DNA of 64,000 bases from contig JARDVH010000025.1 in NCBI GenBank assembly GCA_030324005.1, positions 74,538,336 to 74,602,335 of the forward strand. The letters are read 5' to 3'. The stretch's first letter is position 1; each line of letters opens with the position of its first letter. Below the pieces are notes generated by a model. The model was not told where the DNA came from. It worked only from the letters and a program-made list of their open reading frames with translations, and made no database searches. The position numbers and the translations under genes are program-made. Source of the DNA: Negaprion brevirostris (lineage: Eukaryota). This document shows positions 38,004 to 50,380 of this stretch, one piece after another.

Positions 38004-39759
38004 GTGAGTTGTCACTTTGAATAAAACTGGAGGACAGCAGCAGAGATCTGAACTCTTTTAAAAATGCAGTTATATTTAAATAAAGGATGAAAATTACAAT
38101 CTGAAATTTTCAGATAGGCTGACAATTTTCACATCTCCTGTACTTACATGTCAAGTAGTAAAAAAATCAAGATTTACAACACAGTGACATTACCAAGGGG
38201 GTTCAAATACATCAAAAATTCTCTCTGACNNNNNNNNNNNNNNNNNNNNNNNNNNNNNNNNNNNNNNNNNNNNNNNNNNNNNNNNNNNNNNNNNNNNNNN
38301 NNNNNNNNNNNNNNNNNNNNNNNNNNNNNNNNNNNNNNNNNNNNNNNNNNNNNNNNNNNNNNNNNNNNNNNNNNNNNNNNNNNNNNNNNNNNNNNNNNNN
38401 NNNNNNNNNNNNNNNNNNNNNNNNNNNNNNNNNNNNNNNNNNNNNNNNNNNNNNNNNNNNNNNNNNNNNNNNNNNNNNNNNNNNNNNNNNNNNNNNNNNN
38501 NNNNNNNNNNNNNNNNNNNNNNNNNNNNNNNNNNNNNNNNNNNNNNNNNNNNNNNNNNNNNNNGTTACTTGCAGATTTACTTTACTCGAAGATGATGTCA
38601 GCAATTTGTGGGTGACCTTCAAGAATGGTTTCACATTTCATTGAAGGTCTTTCTTATAACTGTAGAAGACGAGGGAAGGAATAGCACCGGTTACATAGCT
38701 TGTAATCTGGATCTTCTACCTTAGACCTTTGTACTTGAGCTTTAATTCTTTGTAAACCCAACATAAATCTGAGTGGCAGTAGAGCAACATGAACTTGAAT
38801 CTGTAGGGTTGCTGTGGCTTAGTCTTGTTAATGCTACACAGGTTATTGCATTGTTCTGGTACAATTCTGTATAAATTATTTCCGATTTGAAAGTGACGGA
38901 CAAAAAAACAGGGAACTCTTTCCAGTAATTTGGCAGCAAAGTGAAGTCTTGTTTTCATTGTTCCAGTTTGCAGGTGTGACAGAATATGGAAAGAAACAGT
39001 CACCTGTAACTAAAATTACTCAGGAATTAGGGTAAAATGCCCTAGAACTATTTAGAATAGCGCACAACTTGATGCTGGCTATTTAAATAAAGAGTGGAAT
39101 CAAACAACAGAAAAGATTTTAAACTGTTCTGATTCCAATTAAAATCTAATGTATTGGTGTGGACTCGATGGGCTGAAGGGCCTGTTCTGTGCTGCCTGAT
39201 CCTATGATTCAACAATTTGCTCATATAGTTTCAGATATTTGAAAAAGATTCTAATTTCCCAAGAAATACGTCTGCAGCAGTAACTGTCTAGTCTTTGAGT
39301 TGCTCTGATGCAGACTTTTTTGTTGAGTGTTACGTACTTAGCATTTTAAGTGATGTGGGGTTGCAGTGAGCTCACAGTGTATTCAGGAAAGCAGAATAGT
39401 CATGATGGGAAAAAAACGGCCGATCAGGTAAAGCCTTCATACTATCTGGACACCATCTGCAGCTGGCCCAGTGCTTATATAGTTAAGGGGAGACTTACAA
39501 AGTCATAGAGTCACAGAGGTTTACAGCATGGAAACAGGCCCTTCAGCCCAACTTGTCCATGCCACCTTTTTTTTAAACCATGAAGCTAGTTGAGCTGAAA
39601 TAGATACAAAAGAAAAGAAGATATGGTCTTTAAAACATCGAGAACCATAGATATTATCAGGCTTTTTAACAGCAATGTTAAAATGCAAAATTATGGATGA
39701 TGTGCTCTAACAAAGCAAGACTGTAAGTTTGATTTATTTCTCCACAAGGCATTGAATGA

Positions 39760-40260
39760 TAAAAGCACTTAAATGGTTAGCAAATTGGGCAGAAAGATGG
39801 CAGATGCCTTTCAATACAAAAAAATGTGAAGTGTTGCATTTTGGATATCTTAATCTGAAATTTCATAATGAAGTGAAGGAACAGTGAAAACTAGACATGA
39901 AGTTAAGCAGATCTTTAAAGCTGGGAATGCAGAAAGAAAAGGCAACAGATTGAAAACTGGGATTTTGGATTTTTGAACACAATGGCAAGGAGGAACTGTT
40001 CAACTTCTATCAGAAAAAGATTAGGCTGAAGCTGCAAAGGTTCAAGGTGACCCTCTTATTAAAGAATATTGGAGTCACGGAAAAGATACAGCAACAATTT
40101 GCCAAATTATTCTGAAAAGAATTTCAGAATAATAAAATTATTCTGAAAAGAAAGGTGAAAAGGACTTCAACCCTGCATCAAAAAAGAATCTTCAGGTCCT
40201 GTAAATATTTTTTGAAATTATGTCAGTACCTAGAAATACAAGTTTCCACAACTGTTTGCA
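39760..40260 (+). mobile_element. Decayed CR1-type LINE RT fragment
   Basis: tgggcagaaagatggcagatgcctttcaatacaaaaaaatgtgaagtgttgcattttgga translates WAERWQMPFNTKKCEVLHFG. Confidence 0.75.
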
Positions 40261-40664
40261 AGGGATGGTAAAAACTGATAGGATTCGCTGAAACCAGCAG
40301 TTAGGAAGACATGTCGAAAGCACATCTTCCTGGAAGCCGGTTTTAATCAGTCCCTGCACCCTTGCGTTTGACTTGCCGACAGCTATGCAAGACCCACACT
40401 TTCAGGGACTGATGAACTCGGATACACAAATCTAAGAGTGCTTTTAGGCATTTTTGATTGATTATCTTTTGAGGCCAAGGATTGTTTATGCAGAACGTTC
40501 CCGTTGATGATTAAATAGGTGTGCTTGAGTACATAAGCAAGACTTTTCTTGAACTATGCTTTACATTGTTTCAAAAAATTTGACCCAGACTCAAAAGGCA
40601 GAGTTTAATCGGCATTCTCCTCTCTTCAAACTTTCAGGCAACACAAGTTGTTATATCAACAGGG

Positions 40665-40912
40665 GAATTGGTGGCGTAGTGGTAATGCCACTGGATTAGT
40701 AATCCAGAGGGCCAGGCTAATGTTCTGGAGACATGGGTTCATCGCAGCTATTGGAACTTGAATTCACTTAATAAACTTGGAATAAAAACCCAGTCTCTGT
40801 AAAGGTGACCATGAAAATCTAGCTGGTTTGCAAATGTCCTTTAGGGAAGTAAATCTGTCTTCCTTATCCAGCCTGGCATATGTGTGACTCCAAATACATA
40901 GCAATGTAGTTA
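40665..40912 (+). mobile_element. tRNA-derived SINE (same family as 26255-26596)
   Basis: ggtggcgtagtggtaatgccactggattagtaatccagag...aatgtcctttagggaag...gtgactcca. Confidence 0.8.
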
Positions 40913-42699
40913 AAAGAATGAAAGAATAAAAAAAAAGTCTGCAAGAAATATATAAAAAGGATATGAGCCTGTTATACAGCTGGATCTTTTCACCCTTGCT
41001 GGACCTGGCCAAGATAGACAACTTCTGTTGTTTAGGAGTTACAGGTATGAACCCTGGTTCTACAGCACCATTTTCCAATTCAAATTAGTCCGGCATGGTA
41101 GGGGCTCACAGGGAGGTGCTGGGATACTTGCCCCTCAGAGATGTGCCACCACACCTCATTAATTGTAAAAGTCTGCAAAAAAATTGATGAGGAACTATTC
41201 ACGCTGTGACAGAAAATCTGTAACCTACCATGAAGTTCAACAAACAAGAGCTTTTCGTACTGCCCGCTCCTGGCCAGTCTGCATTCAGACTCATTCCTGA
41301 TTCTACCAGGACAGAAGTTCAGTCACCATTTTCCAGATTTCGTTTGGGTGTGTCTGTCTGCATGTCTGGGTACGTGTCTCTACGTTTCTCTGTGTTTCTA
41401 TTGTTTGTGGTTGAAACTAATGATGAAAAAATGATTTTGGGGGCGGTCAGAACCTGTCGGATGTATCCATTTCTGTTGGACGCAGCAAACACAGCTGCAG
41501 TGTCCCAGACAAGTGGTGGTGTCATTTGAATTCAGTTTACCTCAATGTATGAAGGAAGTATGATTTTGTGTTTGTAGGATTGAACTTTCGCCTACATTTA
41601 GAGCATCCTGGGCTGTGAGTGTTTGCTTTGGAACAATGCCATACCATAGACAAGTGATGTGCAAGAAATCAAGTTACCAAAAAGCTATCTTTAACCTGCA
41701 GGATGGTCAGTTCTGGTTTTGAAACTTTCAACACCAGGACAATATTGCAGAATTATATTTCCTTTCAATATCTGTGTCGGAAACAAGTTCTGAATTCAGA
41801 GTTGGCTTGTAAGTGTGGCCTCTCAGACAGGGGAGACTGGAAGATGAGATTTCAAGGCATGAAGGAAACTGCTCAAGAACCACTGTACAACAGCCAAACA
41901 AACTGAATGCACTCTTTATCAGGAAATTACTTTTTAGCGTGAACCACAACTATACCACAGTATGAGAAGGTTAAGCAGTATAGCTTCAGTTATTTCTTTG
42001 TTGAAGGTAATTAAACTGATATTGTCATTTATTTGCAGTACACACTCCTGCTGAATTGTGGAAACTGGTTTTCATTATTTCCCATCACTACTAGACTGTA
42101 CACATACTAATTGCTTAATTAAGTTTAATATAGGAAGTAGGCAAAAATGCAGAGGTTTACACCTGAGATAACCTAGAGCCATCACTAGATTATTGTGAAA
42201 TATTTTGCTGAACTCACGTGAGAAAGGTGTGATTATCCATGAACACAGGCTCCTTCTTGTTATTAACTTTATTGGATAAGTATGAATCTTTCTCTAATAT
42301 TACTCCTATCTTCTTTAACATGTTCTTTGAGCTCGCCTGAAATTGGAGACCCACCAATGGGTTCCTTGACCCTATTGTCCTTAAACTAATGGCTATCCAA
42401 TTTTCTAACGTCTTGATAGCTGCAATTGTAGATTATTCTTATGCCTCAGGAAACATAGAAAATAGGAGCAGGAGGAGGCCATTTGGCCGTTCCAGCCTGC
42501 TCCACCATTCATTACAATCATGGCTGATCATCCAACTCAATAGTCTAATCCTGCTTTCTTCCCATAACCTTTGATCCCATTCGCTCCAAGTGTTGTACTC
42601 TTGCTTTTCAAAGGTTAAGTTGTTAAAATCTCCCACAGCAAAATCACCATGGACCTACTGCCTTTGAAACTTAAATAATTTTTCTTTCCAACATCCTTT

Positions 42700-43085
42700 A
42701 ATATGTTGCTTCCCTCCTTATCTCTGCTTCTTTCCCACAACCTTTGCTTTAAATCTCTCAAATCTGGTTTACATCCTTACTGCAACAACCCTTACCAATG
42801 TCATAAATTACAAATGTTGTGACTGTGACAATGGTGCACTAACTTCTTCTTCCTCCTTGACATCTTCAACCCCACAGCAGCCTTCGACATGGTTGACCAC
42901 ACCATCCTCCACCAATGGCTTTCCTCTGTTGTCCAGCTGAGTGGGATTGCCCTCAGTTAACATTTTTACCTGTCTGATTGTGGCAAAAGCATATTACATA
43001 ATTGCTTCTCTTCTCAACGGCAATAATCCTGGAATGACCCAGCAATCTGATCTTGGTCCCTCCAGTTCCTCATCTACATATTAGC
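42700..43085 (+). mobile_element. L2 LINE RT fragment (continues at 43790-44220)
   Basis: AAFDMVDHTIL at 42877 (LDLSAAFDTVDH motif). L2-type 3' end at about 44170-44220. Confidence 0.75.
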
Positions 43086-44412
43086 AGCTGGATGCACAGA
43101 CTTGAGACTTAACACTTGATACACAGATATAAAACCAAATATGCTACGAATGGTGGAAATCAGAAATAAAAACCGAAAAGGGTGATGACCTTTCATTAGA
43201 ACTGAGAATCGTTCTGATACACTAACGACACTGAGCTCTACCACTCACAAGTTACTAGACTGTTTGTTCAACGCTGAAGCCAGAATATTCCTGTTGAAGG
43301 CAGGATGAGAGAATGTGGACTTGTCAGGTCATCACAGTTTTGCCCACTGTCCCCACAATGCCACAAGATGGAATTTTCATCTCTTGGAGGACAAGACAGC
43401 CTTGAGTCGGGTCTGCTAAAGGAGGTGGACATGGAGGTGGAGTCAGAAGTAGGCCAATGCAAAAGTGGCCAGGTTCAAAGGCCCGCCTCTGCTTCTAGAG
43501 ACATTGGACCAGTTCTTCAGTACAGTGTAAAGCTCCCGTCACCATGATCCTTTAACACCCACTTGAACACTCACCCCCCCGTCACCCCGCCNNNNNNNNN
43601 NNNNNNNNNNNNNNNNNNNNNNNNNNNNNNNNNNNNNNNNNNNNNNNNNNNNNNNNNNNNNNNNNNNNNNNNNNNNNNNNNNNNNNNNNNNCCCCACCCT
43701 TTCCCCTTCATGCACCCTACCCCCACCAAACTTGACCAAGCTCACCCTCCCAGCTTGCTGCTCTAGCTTGGTTCTCACAATGTCTAGAGTTTAAAGTTTT
43801 AATTTTCATCTTTAAATCTCTTCATGGTCTTGCCCCCTCCCAATCTCTGGCACAGCATTATAGCTTTCCTCCTGAACATCTGTTCTTTCAACTCAGATCT
43901 CTTCAGCAACCCCCTCTCATTGCCCCATCACTGGCAGTTATATTTTTGACTGTCTCAGCCCCATGCTGTGGAATTTGTATCTAAGCTCCTCTATCTTTCC
44001 ATTACCTCTTCCTACTTTTTCTTCAAGACTGCCCCCTCCACCACCCTCTCCCCCTTAAAGCCCTCCACTTTGGTCAAGCTTTTAACCACCCTTTGTTATT
44101 TAATATTAATTTGAAGGTAAGGTTGCTTCAGTATTCATTTATTTTTGATTATGCCTGTAGGCATAATTAATCTTGGGAATTTTTGGTGGTTAAAGGCATT
44201 ATATAAAAGCAAGTAGTTGTTAAAGTATACAGTAGTAAACCAGTGACGCTTTTACTGAATTACCAACATCAAGAACCGCACTTCCTCTACTATGTAATGA
44301 AAGCAAATTTAATCGTCACGTGATAGAAGCAATCTCACTAAAAGAGTGAGAAGGCAGATTAGGAGAAACTTCTTTGCACTGGATTGTTCGAGCATGGAAT
44401 GCTTTTTCACAG

Positions 44413-45274
44413 TAAGAAGTCTCACAACATCAGGTTAAAGCCTAACAGGTTTATTTGGTAGCAAACACCATTAGCTTTTGGAATGCTGCTCCTTCGTCAG
44501 GTGAGTGTGAGTTCTGTTCACAAACAGGGCACATAAAAACACAAACTCAATTTACAGAATACTGATTGAAATGCAAGTTTTTACAGCTAATCAAGTCTTA
44601 AAGGTACAGGCAGTATGAGTCGAGAGAGTGTTAAACACAGATTAAAGAGATGTGTATTGTCGCTAGACAGGACAGTTAGTGAGATTTTGCAAGTCCAACC
44701 AAGTCGTGGGGGTTACAGATAGTGCGACATGAATCCAAGATCCTGGTTGAGGCTGCCCTCATGTGTGCAGAACTTGGCTATCAGTCTCTGCTCAGTGACT
44801 CTGCGTTGTCGNNNNNNNNNNNNNNNNNNNNNNNNNNNNNNNNNNNNNNNNNNNNNNNNNNNNNNNNNNNNNNNNNNNNNNNNNNNNNNNNNNNNNNNNN
44901 NNNNNNNNNNNNNNNNNNNNNNNNNNNNNNNNNNNNNNNNNNNNNNNNNNNNNNNNNNNNNNNNNNNNNNNNNNNNNNNNNNNNNNNNNNNNNNNNNNNN
45001 NNNNNNNNNNNNNNNNNNNNNNNNNNNNNNNNNNNNNNNNNNNNNNNNNNNNNNNNTGATTAGCTGCAAAGATTCGCATTTCAATCAGTATTCTGTATAT
45101 TGAGTTTGTTTCTTTATATGCCCTCTTTGTGAACAGATCTGCCACTCACCTGATGAGGGAGCAGTGCTCTAAAAGCTAGTGGTGTTTGCTACCAAATAAA
45201 CCTGTTGGACTTTAACCTGGTGTTGTGAGATTTCTTACCGTGTTACCCCAATCCAATGCCGGCATCTCTACATC
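44413..45274 (-). mobile_element. Penelope-like element: GIY-YIG C-terminus plus pLTR and inverted pLTR
   Basis: Minus-strand RQRRVTEQRLIAKFCTHEGSLNQDLGFMSHYL. About 185-bp inverted repeats at 44409-44593 and 45057-45241. 14-bp target duplication atgct(t/a)tttcacag at 44399-44412 and 45275-45288. Confidence 0.85.
45147..45181 (+). ncRNA. Degenerate minimal hammerhead ribozyme motif (Penelope pLTR)
   Basis: CAC-CUGAUGA-g-GGAGC-agu-GCUCU-AAAAGCUA-GUG. Core and stems I/II are present, but GAAA is mutated to AAAA. A mirror copy lies on the minus strand at 44469-44503. Confidence 0.6.
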
Positions 45275-46070
45275 ATGCTATTTCACAGCAGGGATTGAGA
45301 TAGAAAGCATTGCCAAAACATTTGATACAAAGGAAGATAAAAGGTGTGAAGAGATAGCAGGAAAGCTGCTTCAATTTGAATTACTCTGGCAAAAAATCAG
45401 CAGGGACGCAATAAGCCTAAGGTTTCCACCTATGCTGTAAAATGTTATCGTTTTATATATGTAAGGGAAATTAACAAAAAAGGGTGGAATCTTACGGCCT
45501 TGCTGTCCCAAAACCATAAAATCCCACCCTAGGTCAATGGGCCTTCCTATTACCCACCCCACACACACTCCGATTCTTGTAGCAGGCGATGTGATAAAAT
45601 TCTGGCCATAGACTAATGCTATACTTTAGAGGTTATCATCACTGAACTGGATTTTACCAGCCCTTTAGAGATATGCTAGGAGGCAGGAGGCTGTTAAGCT
45701 AGCGCGGGAAAGTATCAGGTGGTGTGCCTGACATCTTCCCACCACCATGCCATTTTGCTAATAAGGGAAAAGATGGCAGATGACCCACTGCCTGGAGCCC
45801 AACTGAGCGACTTAAGTGGCTAGTTAAGCGCCTCTTCCCATTTTCTTTTTAACAGTGGTGGGGGAACCATCCATGTCCCCCTCTACTTGTCTCACCCTGT
45901 GAAGAGACAACTCTGGGATGCTTCCAGTGGGTTTGGTAGGGGCTTCCTTTGGGCACTCTCTGGACCACGCTGCAGCCCGCGGTGACAATGCATGACAATA
46001 GTGTCATTTGAGCACCCCCCTCCTCCATGGTCTACCTGCCTAGTTCTGGCATCCTCACTTATCTGCCCTC

Positions 46071-46975
46071 AACATAAGAAATAGGAACTAGGAGCAGGAG
46101 TAGGCCATCCAGCCCTTCAAGCCTGCCCCGCCATTCAATAAGATCATGGCTGATCTGTCGTGGCTNNNNNNNNNNNNNNNNNNNNNNNNNNNNNNNNNNN
46201 NNNNNNNNNNNNNNNNNNNNNNNNNNNNNNNNNNNNNNNNNNNNNNNNNNNNNNNNNNNNNNNNNNNNNNNNNNNNNNNNNNNNNNNNNNNNNNNNNNNN
46301 NNNNNNNNNNNNNNNNNNNNNNNNNNNNNNNNNNNNNNNNNNNNNNNNNNNNNNNNNNNNNNNNNNNNNNNNNNNNNNNNNNNNNNNNNNNNNNNNNNNN
46401 NNNNNNNNNNNNNNNNNNNNNNNNNNNNNNNNNNNNNNNNNNNNNNNNNNNNNNNNNNNNNNNNNNNNNNNNNNNNNNNNNNNNNNNNNNNNNNNNNNNN
46501 NNNNNNNNNNNNNNNNNNNNNNNNNNNNNNNNNNNNNNNNNNNNNNNNNNNNNNNNNNNNNNNNNNNNNNNNNNNNNNNNNNNNNNNNNNNNNNNNNNNN
46601 NNNNNNNNNNNNNNNNNNNNNNNNNNNNNNNNNNNNNNNNNNNNNNNNNNNNNNNNNNNNNNNNNNNNNNNNNNNNNNNNNNNNNNNNNNNNNNNNNNNN
46701 NNNNNNNNNNNNNNNNNNNNNNNNNNNNNNNNNNNNNNNNNNNNNNNNNNNNNNNNNNNNNNNNNNNNNNNNNNNNNNNNNNNNNNNNNNNNNNNNNNNN
46801 NNNNNNNNNNNNNNNNNNNNNNNNNNNNNNNNNNNNNNNNNNNNNNNNNNNNNNNNNNNNNNTAAGTAATAGTCCTTCCTACCATTATTCCTACCAAAGT
46901 GGACCACCTTGCACTTGCCAACATTAAATTCCATTTGCCAGTTCCTGGCCCATTCGCCCAGTCTATCTAGGTGCA
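46071..46975 (-). mobile_element. 5'-truncated CR1/HER1 LINE spanning an assembly gap
   Basis: LDRLGEWARNWQMEFNVGKCKVVHFGRNNGRKDYYL at 46863-46975 and a CR1 3' tail at 46071-46165. Confidence 0.9.
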
Positions 46976-46991
46976 TGGCCAACAATACACG

Positions 46992-47311
46992 GACAACATG
47001 GTGACACAGTGATTAGCACTGCTGGCTCACGGCACCAGGATCCCGGGTTCGATTCCTGGCTTGGGTCACTGTTCTATGTGGAGTTTGCACATTCTCCCCG
47101 TGTCTGTGTGGGCTTCCTCCAGGTGCTCCGGTATCCTCCAACAGTCCAAAGATGTGCAGATTAGGTGGATTGGCCATGGTAAATTGTCCCTTAGTGTCAG
47201 GCGGGCTAATTAAAGTAATTGTGTGGGCTTATGGAAATAGGGCCTGGGTGGTTGGTGCAGACTCGATGGGCCGAACGGCCTCCTTCTGCACTGTGTGATT
47301 CAATGATTCTA
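46992..47311 (+). mobile_element. HE1-type V-SINE with CR1/HER1-like tail
   Basis: B box ggttcgattcc, V-domain tgtggagtttgcacattctccccgtgtctg, tail gcagactcgatgggccgaacggcctccttctgcactg...tgattcta. Confidence 0.9.
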
Positions 47312-49041
47312 ATGCACTCTCCTCCACCAGGTGCAACCCCAGCAATGACCACTGTGAGCAGTGGCAATGCTGAGATTCCTGAGCTGCCAGCTATCTGATT
47401 GGGCCACCATCTTTAATTGGGTGCTGCCGACAAAATACAGTTCAAGGCCCAGCTGTTTCCTGAAGTGGGGCTACCTCCTACTTTCAACCTGGCAGTGTGG
47501 CTCCTGCCGCCTCTGCAGAATTCTGGCCACTGTTCATTTTTGTTAATTTAGTTTACACCTCTCCCTCAAAAGTAAACAATTTAAAATTCATTGTTTAAAT
47601 GTAGCTGCATCTAATGCTATTGCCACTTCAAAATACTACTCTTTTTGCAAGCACTCTTGTTAAGATTGTTACAATTAGTGACCAGTCTTTACGTAGCATT
47701 TGGTACATAGTTTTGTGAGCAGCAAACAAGTTATAGATGGTTAGTGAAAATCATGTTGTGTTTCCTCTTTGCTGACTTGGGCCTATGCTGCAAGCACTCC
47801 TTTCATTGGCTCCTAAACTTGTGAAGGATTACACCCACGCCTTGCTCTAGACACAAATAATGGTCATGACCCTTTAAAGTGCTTATTTTCTATAGCCACT
47901 TGCTGCATATCAACAATTTTATTCTGTTTACAGATGTTTGTCATAAAACTGGATAATTAGAATTCCCTTTGAAAGAACAACATGACCCTAACTATACTAA
48001 AGGATGAATTAATCTTAATTTATTATTATTGAAATGATCATTTCTGTCTAATTGAAGAAAAGAACTCATTTCAAAAATGCAGGTAAATTATCTCAGTTTG
48101 TGAAGGCTAGGGTGACTCCATTAACCTCTTCTTGAGGTACCAATGATATGGTTTTATTACGTCATATCCCTACGCAGAAAGAAATTATGTCCTGACAATA
48201 TAAAACCTTTCAGTATTTTTAGTAACGTTTGAAAGTTATTTTTAATTATCATAGCATTGTAAGAGCATTTACTTGTCATTATTTCTGAATTTTATTCTGT
48301 TTTCATTGCACTGAGTTCCAACAAAACCAGTTGAAATTGTGTCAGTTAACATCTTCCAGGAACCTGGGTATGTGTATGTTTAGCGATAGTATTAAGAGTT
48401 AAAAGGTTAAGTATAGATAAGTTTGATTGAGCGCTTTGTGAAACATGAGACTCCCTTAGGTGCTGAGATCATAAATATGTAATGACAGGGAAGGCAAGCA
48501 GTTAGGATGTAAGGTTAGCTAGACTGCCTGCATTAGCACTTGACATATCTTTAGAGATGCACAAGAAATTTCACAGAACATTTTATCGGGAGATTAAATT
48601 AGCTTGTTAAATTCATGTAACAGTAGATTATATATGACTTGTGAAAGCATATGATGCAGTAAGGACAACCATTCTTATTTCTAGTTTTCTCATATCCGTC
48701 GTCACCAGTTAAAAAAAGTAGCTGCAAAGGCTCTGAAATTGACAAAAATAACTCATGTATCATGATGTATTAGACAATGTAATAAGACAATGGGCAAGAT
48801 ATTCTGGCCACGCTCTTCCCAAGAAGAAAGATCCCGCCCAAAGTCAGTGGACCTTTGCATGGTCCTGTTCCACCCACCACAATGACATCAGAGTGTGAAC
48901 CTCTGTGCAAGCTCTCTACAAAGGATGTTCAGCAGTCTTGGGCACAGAACAAGAAGCAGCTTTCACTCACATCGAACAATCAATGACAACAACGCCAATG
49001 CTGAGGTACAATAATGTCAACAGCAAAAGTCACCCATAAGT

Positions 49042-50380
49042 GTGATACATGTAAAGCAGGACTTGGACCAGCCCTCATGCAGCAAACACAAGCAAAGCAT
49101 TAATGGCAAGCTGAATGACACTATGCCCAGCTTAAGAAATTGTGCCTGTGAGCATTTTAATCATTACATATTGGAGAGAAACAAAGTGATAGTAGAGTCT
49201 CACCACAAACCACTTAAAAGCAACTTTCTCAAATCACTTCTATTTTCTCCAGAGTGTCTGAAAAGGATAATACTTTGTTTGCAGAGATATCATTTGGAAG
49301 TGCGGCATGAACAAAAAAGAAAATGTATATTGCCAACATGCTGTTGAGAGCTGCACTCCCTTTGAAAGAAGTTGATGACGTTCATGTAGAGCATGAAATC
49401 TTTCAAATTTGGTGAGGAGCAACAGTATGACACACTCTGGAAGTCATCAACCCAGCAGAGACATTGAATCTAATAGAAAAGAGTATTGTTCAGATCAAGC
49501 AGACTACAAAATAAAATGCAACTCTCCAAGTGCCCAGGAAGTATTGATGAAAGGATGACCAGATACCATCAAGGACACATCTATTGCTATCAGATAGTAT
49601 TGGGAACACAGAGCTGAAGTGGTTGCCCAAGATGGCATTTTGTACAAAGAAGTTAGAATTATTATCCCTAAGCAGATGAGAAATGAGATGCTAACATGTA
49701 CCCATGCAAACCATCAAGGAATTCAAAAATGAATTTCTTGATGGCCAAATATGAACAATTAGATTAGGAATCACATCAGCCAGTGCAGTGCTTGTAATGA
49801 ACAGCAAACTGAACAAGCTGAAGAGCCAGTCTTGATATCCCAGACAGACCATGGATGTATCTTGAATTAGACTTCTTCACTCTCTTCCTTACGTCTTGTC
49901 ATTGTCAACTATAGGCTGATTGAATGACTCTGAGAGTCATTCTTGAATGCTTGAACGCACACTTCAATCATTATGGCATTCCTGACATTGTGATGAATGA
50001 CAATGGCCCAGTTTCACAACTGATAAATTCAAACATTTCATGAAAGATTGGGAATTTCAGTGCTATAAATTGTCACCACACTGCCCCAGTCAAATGTAAT
50101 GGTGAAAATTGCCAAAGGGATTATCAAAAAATCAAATAGATCCTACATAGATATCTACAAGGTAATCTTAGAACAGTGAAGCACATCTGCTGAAAATATG
50201 GAAAGTAGTCCTGTCCAGCAACTAATTCATGCTTAGCTAAACTACATTTCAATAACTAAAAAAACTACTGAAGTTCGATATTGCAATAGAATTGAGTAAC
50301 AAAATCAAAGTGAAACCATTGACAGCCAAATTTCACTTTGATAAAGCAACCAAATCATTACCAGAGTTGAAGAACTGATT
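49042..50380 (+). mobile_element. Ty3/Gypsy pol relic (RNase H and integrase), pseudogenised
   Basis: ACEHFNHYILERNKVIVESHHKPLKSNFLK...LKRIILCLQRY (RNase H), HANHQG...WPNM...ISQCSACNE (HHCC), and YGIPDIVMNDNGP at 49972-50010 (integrase core). Many stops and frameshifts. Confidence 0.9.

Noticed and set aside
37827-38024. 65-aa ORF as a standalone small gene
   Set aside because: It is the DNMT3A exon plus intronic read-through; splice sites delimit 37857-38003.
41230-41529. 99-aa ORF with a good Kozak context (accATG) and a GG|gtacgt donor at 41369
   Set aside because: The donor would be phase 2, incompatible with the phase-0 next DNMT3A exon, and there is no recognisable homology. A non-coding exon is not excluded.
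46059-46985. Longest ORFs in the track (239-308 aa), and other X-filled ORFs at 9.1, 38.2 and 44.7 kb
   Set aside because: They are open only because they cross N gaps. Their real ends are LINE/Penelope or non-coding sequence.
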